Assembly: GCA_014378765.1 (NCBI GenBank)
Contig: JACMNA010000028.1
Location: 6,565 to 70,564, forward strand
Direction of reading: 5' to 3'
Length of the DNA: 64,000 bases
Source: Bdellovibrio sp.
GTDB lineage: Bacteria; Bdellovibrionota; Bdellovibrionia; Bdellovibrionales; Bdellovibrionaceae
Shown piece by piece: positions 46,638 to 55,450 of this stretch. The number at the start of each line of letters is the position of its first letter. Position 1 is the stretch's first letter. A model generated the notes under the pieces. That model made no database searches and was not told the origin of the DNA. It saw only the letters and a program-made list of their open reading frames with translations. A program made the position numbers and the translations under genes.

Positions 46638-47621
46638 TTAGTTAAGGTTTATTCCGAAAAATCCGGTTTTAATAATAGCTTCTTGTTTCGCAGTTTCTTC
46701 AAGCTGGTTTCCGCATTGGCCTTGTAAGAAGCCTTCAAGGTATCCCAACGAAGCTTTTATCGAATCATTGTATTCAACAAAATCCGATGAAACAATGAGG
46801 CGCTGATTTGAATTCGCTTTCATGATTGTACTATAAAAATGCGATTTTGAACTGCAAGATAGCAATCCTAAAACGCCTTCATTTTTTGAATTGCGCTTCA
46901 AAGCCGCTAGCAGTTTTTTAAGCCCTGGTTTTTGCACCGAATAGTATTGCTTATAGTCGGTGTGTAACTCGCTGTTAAGGCGCGGCGGACTGAAATCGGG
47001 GCCGCCACCACTGCGTGAATGACCATTGTATAATACGATATCCGCGACGCCAATGGCGTTAAAAAAGTTGTTTTCGGATTGCGCCGTGAGCTGTTGTTGA
47101 TCGGCGGCAAGGGGCCCCACATTATCTTTGTAGAATTGCGAGACGGAAGCATGCGTTAGAGTAATTTGCGTGGTAACATTATGCCCTAATAAATTAATTC
47201 TCTTTTGTAAAATCGTTTTTGCTGGTTGCGAGCTTCCGCTGATTTGAAATTCACATAGTTGGCGATTGGCGCGGCGGGGGCAAGGGGCAGTCAAAAGGCG
47301 AATTAACCCTTGGTAAACGCCGATATCAAGGCTTGGCGAAATTCCAAAGTTTTCGCCTTCCCAAATAAATTCAGCCCCTTCAGATAAATCAAAGTAACCT
47401 AACGCATATCGAATATCGATGATGCCATTTGCAATTGGTTTTTTATAAAGATTCGAACATTGAACATAGTTCTCATCACGAGATTCGCTGGCAGCGGAAT
47501 TACTTATTAGATTAAGATAATCCATACCTTCTTCGAATGTGTACTGCCGCAAACCGTAAACATCTTCAGCTAATACCGTAGTCGATAGTAGTAATAGCAT
47601 TAAAACCGAAAATAATTTCAT
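46638..47621 (-). CDS. exported protein, possible clan CD (caspase-like) cysteine peptidase
   Basis: Signal peptide ending VLAED. ADIVLYNGHS (His201) and GVLGLLSCSS (Cys256) each follow a hydrophobic strand, the clan CD His/Cys dyad pattern. Confidence 0.4.
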   Translation of the reverse strand: MKLFSVLMLLLLSTTVLAEDVYGLRQYTFEEGMDYLNLISNSAASESRDENYVQCSNLYKKPIANGIIDIRYALGYFDLSEGAEFIWEGENFGISPSLDIGVYQGLIRLLTAPCPRRANRQLCEFQISGSSQPAKTILQKRINLLGHNVTTQITLTHASVSQFYKDNVGPLAADQQQLTAQSENNFFNAIGVADIVLYNGHSRSGGGPDFSPPRLNSELHTDYKQYYSVQKPGLKKLLAALKRNSKNEGVLGLLSCSSKSHFYSTIMKANSNQRLIVSSDFVEYNDSIKASLGYLEGFLQGQCGNQLEETAKQEAIIKTGFFGINLN

Positions 47622-47706
47622 TGCAGCCCCCGCGCTTGTTTTAAACTAATCGAGCGCGGGCTAACAGTCATAATTTGCAGATTAAAAAATTTTCTTAGCT
47701 TGCGAT

Positions 47707-48696
47707 TTACAGTACGGGCTGAAGCCAGGTGGTACTGGATAAAGTTTTTATCAGGGCGGCCACGCTAACCCAGTAATGCCCATTGGTGCAGGTAACGCCC
47801 GCGGCAGGGTCATCACATTGCGAACCGTGCGAATCTTTTACCAGTGCCAAACACTGCTGGGTGTTTGCCTCGAATTTCATCGCGATAATGCTCGAAGCGT
47901 GCTGGCCTTCGATGGTACGAATACTTGAAATATTGTACTCAATACCTAAGGGGTTATTAGTGCGCAAGGCACTGACCATCTCGTTAACTAAATCGATTTC
48001 AGATAACGCACGAATCCGACGCCCAAAGCGGCCGTAAGTAATGAAGTTTTTTGCAATAATCTGATGACTGGGCAACTGAATAATTTCACGATTGTTTCCG
48101 CAAAATTGATTAAAGGGCCGTTCGAGTCTACTTATGTGATAATTGTTAGCCATCACATTTCGCAAAAAAGGTTCTACTGGCTTTAACGGACCTTGATCGA
48201 TCAATCCATTAGGGACTGGTGAGGTTGGATCTGAACTGCGCAAGAATGTAAATAAGTCGGATAGTTCAATCCATCTATTTTTATAAATAAGCCGATCGTC
48301 GTTAAGACATATTCTTTTATTTTGCAAAGCCTCAAGGGTTTCTTGCAAAAAGCCGCCGGTTAATTTTACGGGTTGCGGCGCACGTCGCTCAAGAAGGGCC
48401 GAAGTATTTTCTTTGTCTTGATCGGCTTTAAAAGTTTGAATTGCGATATCGTAAGGCAAAAAGTTTTTTTGAAGCGCGTATGCCAGTAGATCAGAGGCGA
48501 CAAATGCAAAACAAATTCTGGTTTCACGTTGGTCAAAATGCGTAGCGGTCGAAATATTTTTTAAGGCCAGCGTGGGGCATGAAGTTACATTCGCAAAAGC
48601 TACGACAGATGTAAGTGAAAAAACAAATAAGACGATGGTCGAGCGAATCATCCCTGCAGTGTAATTCATAAGCCAAAATATGTACAGAAAGTGCAA
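47707..48696 (-). CDS. exported protein, possible papain-like cysteine peptidase
   Basis: Signal peptide ending VVAFA. RICFAFVASD (Cys62), GQHASSIIAM (His266) and LVKDSHGSQC (Asp288) parallel papain CWAF / HAV..VGY / KNSWG. Confidence 0.35.
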   Translation of the reverse strand: MHFLYIFWLMNYTAGMIRSTIVLFVFSLTSVVAFANVTSCPTLALKNISTATHFDQRETRICFAFVASDLLAYALQKNFLPYDIAIQTFKADQDKENTSALLERRAPQPVKLTGGFLQETLEALQNKRICLNDDRLIYKNRWIELSDLFTFLRSSDPTSPVPNGLIDQGPLKPVEPFLRNVMANNYHISRLERPFNQFCGNNREIIQLPSHQIIAKNFITYGRFGRRIRALSEIDLVNEMVSALRTNNPLGIEYNISSIRTIEGQHASSIIAMKFEANTQQCLALVKDSHGSQCDDPAAGVTCTNGHYWVSVAALIKTLSSTTWLQPVL

Positions 48697-48855
48697 TTTG
48701 TAGCAATCATTTAACCTAGTTTTCTAAATATATTTCATGTCAAAACTTTGGACGGTTTTTTCAGTGGTTTCATTAGCGTCTTGGCTAACGTCTTGAACTG
48801 CACGCGAAGGGCTCCATTTCCAAAGATGCGCGCTACACTAGTCAGGTAACCGAAC

Positions 48856-51015
48856 ATGAAAATTCACCTACCGAGAGTTAAAATGAATAAAAATATGACG
48901 AGTCGATTTTTGATCGCAGTGACGGGTTTAACTTTGATTGGCTGCTCGCTTTCTCCCAAGCAATGGCGCGGACCTAATTCGACTAGCGAGCTTAATGGCT
49001 TCTACGCTGAAAAAGTTGAGATCGATTTGCTGAAAGAGAAGCTTCAGTATCTTTCGGCCGTGCAAAAAAATAGTCCGGCCAAAACCGACGATCAAAATTC
49101 TATCATGACGACACAAAGTAAAGAAACTCAAATTGCCGCGATAAGAAATGAAATTGCAGCTAAGACGAAAATGTTTAATGAGCGCGCCAATCAGGCCAAT
49201 CCCTTAATTACGAAAACAAATACATTCGAAAAGTTCAATCGCCAATGGCGAAAGCATCACCAAACATTTTTACTTCACGATATCTATCAGTATGACAAGC
49301 CGGCGTCTAGATACTATGAAATTAGCGAAGCCTATGAGACGCATTTAAATTTTGAAAATCAATATTTTTCTTACCAAGATAAAACCGCTCACCAAACCAA
49401 TATCGAGACTGGGCAGAAGCAATTTTTGAACTCACAATTTAAGTGCGAGGGCCCTTACCAGTGGAACGGTAAAGCGCGCGCGGCCGGTCACGTCGAGAAG
49501 TTTCAGTGGCACGATATAAGTCAAAGTAAAATAAAAACCGTCGCAACGCTGACGCGAGAATCGAAAGAGTGCTCCTTACGTTTTTTTAGTTCTGAAATTC
49601 CTGATGGAGGCTTGGTCGCTTTTAAACCTAGTGAAGGATCATTTTTAGATCAGTTTTCAAACCAATTCGAAACGTGTGAAAGCACAGATACAAGTCAACT
49701 TAAAGGGCCCGAACAATTTTTTTATGGTGCCGAGAACCCACGCCTGACGTGTCCCACGGAAGTTAGTGTTTTTGAATCGTTGCCAAAAGCTACGCAAACG
49801 ATTGAAAGCAAAATTGAATTTTTAACCGGCGCCCCGGTCCCCGAAGAATTTTGGACAAATAAAAATTTTAAATTATCGATGAAAAATGCCCCGCACTTAG
49901 ATGCGATTTTTATTTCTTATCTTATATTTCGCGATGACTTTTTTGGGTACTCAATCGCCGACCTTTTAACCTGGCACGCCGAGCACGGTACAGACGTGTA
50001 TATCATCACCGCGAAAGTTAGCAATTCTGATGCAGACAAAAAACTTTATCAAACGCTTATGGCCGAAAATCCTCGGATGCACGTTCAAGAGTACGCCTAC
50101 GCCACCCGCGATGGCTTAGGTACGCAAGACGCCTTCGACCAGCTTCACCGCGTTTTGCACGCAAAAATGTTTATAACCTACGCTAAAGAAAAATCGTCTC
50201 TCACTAAAGCCTGGATTGGCGGTCGTAATTTAGGTGATGCTTACGCCTTCGGTAAAGATGATAATGGGCAATTTGATATTACAAACAAAAAAGAAAGTGT
50301 GATCTTTCGCGATTATGAAGCCGTCATCAGTGACGCGAATTTTGTAGAAAAGATTATTGTGCAGTATGCAGCTTTGTGGAATCGTGACGATGAAACAACT
50401 TTCGTCCGTGATAGCGTCCTTCATTTACCCACAAGCCAAAAGACGCGAGTAGTGCAAGCCAACTTAAATCAACCAATGGCTAGGCACATTTTGGGCATTC
50501 CTTTCATTGATGAAATGAATTTAGAAAAATTTTACGTCTCAATGATAAATTCGGCCGAAAAAGAAATCGTTATCAATACTCCTTATCTAAATCCGACGTC
50601 TAAAATTTCTGAGGCTTTAATTAATGCCGTCAAAAGGGGAGTCGACGTCAAGATATTAAGTATGTTCAATTTAAAGGGCGATACCGCGGGCGCCATTTTG
50701 ACCGGCATTAATAAAACGAGTGCCAATGCATTGTTAAGCAAAGTGAAAATGTTTAGTTACGCTGGCACTAATATTTTGCACGCTAAAATTGTTATCATCG
50801 ATGGAAAATTAACTTTTTTTGGCGCGGTGAACTTGAACAAACGCAGCTTCATTCACGACATCGAGAATGGGGTCTTAACTTTAAGTAAGAAATTCGCAGA
50901 AGAGGTGCGGTTGATTTATGATACCTACATGGAAGCCGCGGCTCCGGTCGAACAAAATCAAAAGGTTGAATTTTGGCAAAAATTAATAATCAAAAATTTT
51001 GGCAAAAACTTCTAA
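48856..51015 (+). CDS. phospholipase D-family lipoprotein with two HKD motifs
   Basis: Lipobox LIGC. HKD-1 is LHAKMFITYAKE...GGRNLGD; HKD-2 is LHAKIVIIDGKLTFFGAVNLNKRS. An N-terminal region of about 330 aa is unassigned. Confidence 0.8.
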   Translation: MKIHLPRVKMNKNMTSRFLIAVTGLTLIGCSLSPKQWRGPNSTSELNGFYAEKVEIDLLKEKLQYLSAVQKNSPAKTDDQNSIMTTQSKETQIAAIRNEIAAKTKMFNERANQANPLITKTNTFEKFNRQWRKHHQTFLLHDIYQYDKPASRYYEISEAYETHLNFENQYFSYQDKTAHQTNIETGQKQFLNSQFKCEGPYQWNGKARAAGHVEKFQWHDISQSKIKTVATLTRESKECSLRFFSSEIPDGGLVAFKPSEGSFLDQFSNQFETCESTDTSQLKGPEQFFYGAENPRLTCPTEVSVFESLPKATQTIESKIEFLTGAPVPEEFWTNKNFKLSMKNAPHLDAIFISYLIFRDDFFGYSIADLLTWHAEHGTDVYIITAKVSNSDADKKLYQTLMAENPRMHVQEYAYATRDGLGTQDAFDQLHRVLHAKMFITYAKEKSSLTKAWIGGRNLGDAYAFGKDDNGQFDITNKKESVIFRDYEAVISDANFVEKIIVQYAALWNRDDETTFVRDSVLHLPTSQKTRVVQANLNQPMARHILGIPFIDEMNLEKFYVSMINSAEKEIVINTPYLNPTSKISEALINAVKRGVDVKILSMFNLKGDTAGAILTGINKTSANALLSKVKMFSYAGTNILHAKIVIIDGKLTFFGAVNLNKRSFIHDIENGVLTLSKKFAEEVRLIYDTYMEAAAPVEQNQKVEFWQKLIIKNFGKNF

Positions 51016-51023
51016 TTATAATG

Positions 51024-52100
51024 CTAATTTTTATGCTCATTTGTACGCGGGCAAGGCGCAGAAATAATTTCGCCGATTAAGTTTTTTTCCATGTCATTCC
51101 AAAGCGCCAGGGTGGTTGCATTTTGACAACGGTAGCGACCCGTGGGCACCAGGCCTAAGTTTTCACGCGCCCATTCATTTAATTGCAATGCATAAAATTC
51201 AGCCGCGTTAAATCCGGCATAATTTGTTCGGTTAAAATTAAACCAATTGGGTTGGTCGGCATAGCACCTCCATAACCTAGTTTGCCAAGCAGGTTTCGCT
51301 TGGCAAAGTTTATATATTTTTGCGTCGGCAGTATCGGTCCACGCCACATCATCTCCAGTTAAATACATTCCAAGTAAGTGATCGTGCGCGTGACCAGCTT
51401 CATGGAGCAATCGCTGACCAAGTTCAACGGCGGATATTTTATTTAGGTCGTTTATTACAATATTTAATTCTAAGATGTTTTCTTGGTTCAACTCGAATAC
51501 TTGGCCAGTGATGCTCGAATTTCCCTTTTTGGTTAGCATCCCGTATGCACCCCACATATGTGAAAACTCATTCACTCGTTGCGAGCCTACGCGCGCTAGA
51601 ACCGCTTGCCGTGAAAGTGCCAAGCTTTCTTCAAGGCGCTTCAGCTCACTTACACTAAACACATTTGTGCGGTGATTTTTTATGGCCAATGAACCTACCG
51701 CCAGCATGCGGTACGTTCTCCAGATTCGATATTTAGCGTGCGATTCTTCGCTGTTGGATTCTGGCCCCAAGACGGCCGGCAAAACTAATTTAACAAAATT
51801 TTCATCACGTAAAAAGGCCGTCACGAGTGAACGCAAATGTTTCACATTTAAATTTAGGGCTAGGCATTTAAATGCATTCTCGGTAATTTGATTGGCTAAA
51901 CTTTGGCAAGTTGAGCGTTCGCGAGCAGAAACTCGAGAACAAAGCATTTCAGAGTACGCCTTGGCATAATACTGCAGTTCATTTGCGGCGTCGGCTAAGT
52001 TCAAATGAGCACAAGTGGTTTGCGCTTGTAGCGGAGTTGCGGCTAAAAACAAAATGACAATAAGCCCAGTTAACGTTCGCATTCTATTTATAACTGCCAA
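51024..52100 (-). CDS. exported protein with HExxH motif
   Basis: Signal peptide ending PLQAQ. The motif is LLHEAGHAHDH. Confidence 0.45.
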   Translation of the reverse strand: MAVINRMRTLTGLIVILFLAATPLQAQTTCAHLNLADAANELQYYAKAYSEMLCSRVSARERSTCQSLANQITENAFKCLALNLNVKHLRSLVTAFLRDENFVKLVLPAVLGPESNSEESHAKYRIWRTYRMLAVGSLAIKNHRTNVFSVSELKRLEESLALSRQAVLARVGSQRVNEFSHMWGAYGMLTKKGNSSITGQVFELNQENILELNIVINDLNKISAVELGQRLLHEAGHAHDHLLGMYLTGDDVAWTDTADAKIYKLCQAKPAWQTRLWRCYADQPNWFNFNRTNYAGFNAAEFYALQLNEWARENLGLVPTGRYRCQNATTLALWNDMEKNLIGEIISAPCPRTNEHKN

Positions 52101-52170
52101 TCGTAAGCCAGCCTAAAGCGTCTTAAACCGTTGTTGAGCGTAGTAAAAGTAGACTCTATAACAATTTTGG

Positions 52171-53043
52171 TTACTGTGGGGTTTTAGCGAAGGCGGGCCC
52201 AGTGAAATCTTCGTTCAGATTGAATTTTAATCGTTCTGCTTGGCAGTCAAATTCAATTTCGCACGACCGTAGCGCAATGCCATTTCCTTGAAGGGGCCTA
52301 GCGGCACCGTAGAGCGTATCACCAGCCACCGGTGCACCAAGCTTTGCAAACTGCGCACGAATTTGATGAGTTCGGCCCGTTAATAGGTTTACTTTTACCC
52401 AAGTGGTTTCGTAATCAACTTTTTTTTGCGACAAGACTTCTAATTCGCAAGGTTGCCATTCTGAAGTTGGAGTGTCAGATAACTTTTTGGGAGTGCCGGG
52501 TGCTGGGTCCATATAGTGAGTTAATCGCGCCGGAATTGTTTGTGCGCTTTCAACTAAGGCCACATATTTTTTCGTAATCTTACGTTCTTGAAGCTGATGA
52601 TTAAAACTTTTTGCAAATGAGCTTTTCTTTGCGTAGACAATAAGTCCCGAAGTAAGGGTATCTAACCGGTGAGTAATGTAAAGCGGAAAGTTACGCGCAA
52701 GGCTTGTTTGCGTAAGCGCATTTTCGATGAAATTATCGATGGTGGCGTGACTGGGTACGCCCGAGGGTTTATTCAGAACTAAGCAAAAGTCATTTTCAAA
52801 AACGATCAAATCTTTCCACGGATGATTATAATTATATCTTCGAGGCACTAGGTGGATGCGGAAAGAATTGTCCGCCGCGATAAATTTATCTTTCAAGATA
52901 CGTTCGTCATTAACATAAATTGCGCCCAATTTCAAAAGCGTAAAAAAATCTTGTGATTCTAAAGCACAATACTTAAAAATAATTTCACTCATTCGGCCGC
53001 TTAAGTTATTTTTAAAATGCCGAATATTTTGGGCTAAGTTCAT
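52171..53043 (-). CDS. RluA-family pseudouridine synthase
   Basis: HRLDTLTSGLIVYAK and GRTHQIRAQFAKLGAPVAGDTLYG catalytic signatures. Confidence 0.85.
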   Translation of the reverse strand: MNLAQNIRHFKNNLSGRMSEIIFKYCALESQDFFTLLKLGAIYVNDERILKDKFIAADNSFRIHLVPRRYNYNHPWKDLIVFENDFCLVLNKPSGVPSHATIDNFIENALTQTSLARNFPLYITHRLDTLTSGLIVYAKKSSFAKSFNHQLQERKITKKYVALVESAQTIPARLTHYMDPAPGTPKKLSDTPTSEWQPCELEVLSQKKVDYETTWVKVNLLTGRTHQIRAQFAKLGAPVAGDTLYGAARPLQGNGIALRSCEIEFDCQAERLKFNLNEDFTGPAFAKTPQ

Positions 53044-53052
53044 TGCAGTATA

Positions 53053-53937
53053 CTAACTTGCGAATAGAAATCGCGCTTGAATTTTTTCTATCAATAATGC
53101 GCCGGCATATTCAAGCATTTCCGGATTAAAACTTGATTCGCTATGAGCAAAATCAACCGCACCTAAATCCATTGCTTGCGTAGTTTGAAGGCCCGTTCCG
53201 CCGGAAGAATACACAAAAAAAGCGGGCAGTTGGGTCATCTTTTTTATATCGCGAATAAGTTGCAGGCCTGATTTGCTATCATTTTGTAAGCCAAAAATAA
53301 TAAAATCAGGTTTCGTGCTAGTTATCAGTTGGTAAGCATCATAAGAATCTAAGGCGGTGCCTAAAACCTCAAAGCCAGACTGATTCATTAATCCGGCTAG
53401 ATAAGTTATATTATACGATGATGAATCAATCAGGGCAACGCGGCCTTTAACCGCCAGCGTGCGTTTTTGCGAAGTCTGCGTGGTTTTCATTATCAACGTT
53501 CGAGTGATCTCGAAACTTTTGCTGGATAAATGTAATTTTCTGCCCAACAGTCCGCCGGTGTCTTCAGAAATAATTGGAATTCTTTTTTTATTTAAAACTT
53601 CACGTGCGACTAAGATATTTTCTTGGCCGATGCCCGTGCCCAAAGGGCTATTTTCAATAACTTTGGCGCCGCCGTAAACTTTGGCGACTAAGGCTTTAGG
53701 GTTAGCGCCAAGGCTAATCATCTCATCAATTAAAATCGGAATGGCTTGATCGCCGTAACGCAAGATCGAGCCGGGCGTATCTTTAAGGCGCCCAATCAGA
53801 TAGTGGCAAAGGCCGGTAATTTTTTTTTGCGGATCGTGCAACGCCACAGAAACGCAAGAACCCAGTATCGTCGTTATTTCGACGTCTTCACTGGTTGCGA
53901 CGTACTCACCGGGTAAAAGGTAGATACTAGAACTCAT
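53053..53937 (-). CDS. cheD: CheD chemoreceptor deamidase fused to a degenerate receiver domain
   Basis: The N-terminal 150 aa hold TILGSCVSVALHD, GLCHYLIG and AKVYGGA (CheD). The C-terminal 135 aa align to the CheB receiver, but DD becomes DS, the phospho-Asp becomes Gly (IIFGLQND) and Lys becomes Ser (FAHSE). Confidence 0.7.
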   Translation of the reverse strand: MSSSIYLLPGEYVATSEDVEITTILGSCVSVALHDPQKKITGLCHYLIGRLKDTPGSILRYGDQAIPILIDEMISLGANPKALVAKVYGGAKVIENSPLGTGIGQENILVAREVLNKKRIPIISEDTGGLLGRKLHLSSKSFEITRTLIMKTTQTSQKRTLAVKGRVALIDSSSYNITYLAGLMNQSGFEVLGTALDSYDAYQLITSTKPDFIIFGLQNDSKSGLQLIRDIKKMTQLPAFFVYSSGGTGLQTTQAMDLGAVDFAHSESSFNPEMLEYAGALLIEKIQARFLFAS

Positions 53938-53938
53938 T

Positions 53939-54772
53939 TTAAGAAGCTACTTGAATGGCTTCGTAATGAGTTAGCTCAACGTAAAAATCACCGAATTCAG
54001 AATTAAAATTTAAAACAAAAGTTGAATCGCTGGCCGCCGCCGGAACAATTTTAATATTTGAACCCCGAACCGTTGTGGGAATGGCCGCGACAATTCCTAA
54101 ATCTCTTTCATTCAACGGAACTTTAAGGTGGCCTAAAATCATATTCAGCAATTCGGCCGGGCCATCTTCAATTTCGGTAGCCAGGTCGGTGTACTCGTGA
54201 TCAAGCATTTTAGACATTAACTTTAAAAACATATGCTTACTCATGCCTAACGTTAACGTTCCACGAAAGGTAATTCCGGTTAACCCTACTATGGCGCCAA
54301 GTTCAATATGCTTTAAATCGGAATGTTTTTCTTCGATAAGTGGCACGCCGACGACTTCAGTTGAAGACACCACGCGAAGCGCCATTTTAACAGCCTCGTT
54401 AATAGTTTCAGTCAAGTAGGCGCGGTCGTGCGCGGATTGACTGGCTGAGCCTTCTAAAGCGGATTCTAGATTATCGTGGCATGAGATTAATTTATCTAAA
54501 CCACTGTCTGAAACCGCTTGTTTGATAAAAGCGTTAGCAAGCAGGGCCACCTTAGTGTTCGGTTGATTGACGAAATTGACCGCGAAGGTCAAAGTTCGTA
54601 AGGCCGCATGAGGAATTGCGGTCACGTCCGTAAAATCAAATATTAAAAATTTATATTGAACTGTATGTTTCTTAATCTCTTCAAGATAAGCCCGAACATC
54701 TTTAACATCAACCACATGAGAATCCGCTTTGATTACCAGGTATTTTTTGTTTGGATCTGTAGAGGTCGTCAT
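53939..54772 (-). CDS. STAS domain - CheX-like phosphatase fusion
   Basis: The N-terminal 110 aa are SpoIIAA/STAS-like (LIFDFTDVTAIPHAALRTL). The C-terminal half (GAIVGLTGITFRGTLTLGMS...AELLNMILGHLK) is CheX/CheC-like. Confidence 0.55.
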   Translation of the reverse strand: MTTSTDPNKKYLVIKADSHVVDVKDVRAYLEEIKKHTVQYKFLIFDFTDVTAIPHAALRTLTFAVNFVNQPNTKVALLANAFIKQAVSDSGLDKLISCHDNLESALEGSASQSAHDRAYLTETINEAVKMALRVVSSTEVVGVPLIEEKHSDLKHIELGAIVGLTGITFRGTLTLGMSKHMFLKLMSKMLDHEYTDLATEIEDGPAELLNMILGHLKVPLNERDLGIVAAIPTTVRGSNIKIVPAAASDSTFVLNFNSEFGDFYVELTHYEAIQVAS

Positions 54773-54774
54773 AA

Positions 54775-55188
54775 TTAGGCTGCCTTTTTACTTACAGACT
54801 GCCAAACACTTTCAATTTTTTCTAAAAGAACTGCACCTGAAAACGGTTTTCTTATGAAACTATTTACGCCCAGGGCAATCGCTTCTTTTACTCGAGCCGG
54901 TTCGCCTTCGGCCGTTATTAATATGAATGGAATATCTTTCAATAAGGGATTACGTTTTGCAATTGTCAGTAAATCAATGCCCGACATAACCGGCATGTCC
55001 CAATCAGCGAATATAAGTTGAATTGGTTTTTCAGCGCTATGAGCTTGTTCTAAAATACTCAAAGCTTTGTGACCATCATTAGCTTCAAAAAATTTTAAAA
55101 ACCCAATTTGACGAAGTTGTGATTTAATTAACGAACGCATCATGTTCATGTCATCAACGATTAAAATACGTGTATCATTTGGAAACAT
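54775..55188 (-). CDS. cheY: CheY-like single-domain response regulator
   Basis: ILIVDDMNMMR, IFADWDMPVMSG, ILITAEG and IRKPF are all canonical. Confidence 0.85.
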   Translation of the reverse strand: MFPNDTRILIVDDMNMMRSLIKSQLRQIGFLKFFEANDGHKALSILEQAHSAEKPIQLIFADWDMPVMSGIDLLTIAKRNPLLKDIPFILITAEGEPARVKEAIALGVNSFIRKPFSGAVLLEKIESVWQSVSKKAA

Positions 55189-55450
55189 ATTAGCTCCTAC
55201 GGCAAAGTTTTAACTTGTTCGGTTGAAACATAGTTATAGCTTACTTCGGAATTGGGAACCTAGAACTGAAGTCATTTCGTTAAATTTCAGCTTTTAAGAT
55301 CTTGGTCGAGCGGTCTAGAAGTCACACCTAAGGCCTAAAACGGGGTCTACCGTTTAAACCAGACTGGTAAACCAGGTACAAACAAGAAATGATGATAAGA
55401 GTGACAGAATAGTGTCTAGACTTAGTTAATTTATGCGTAGGGGAAAAGAA

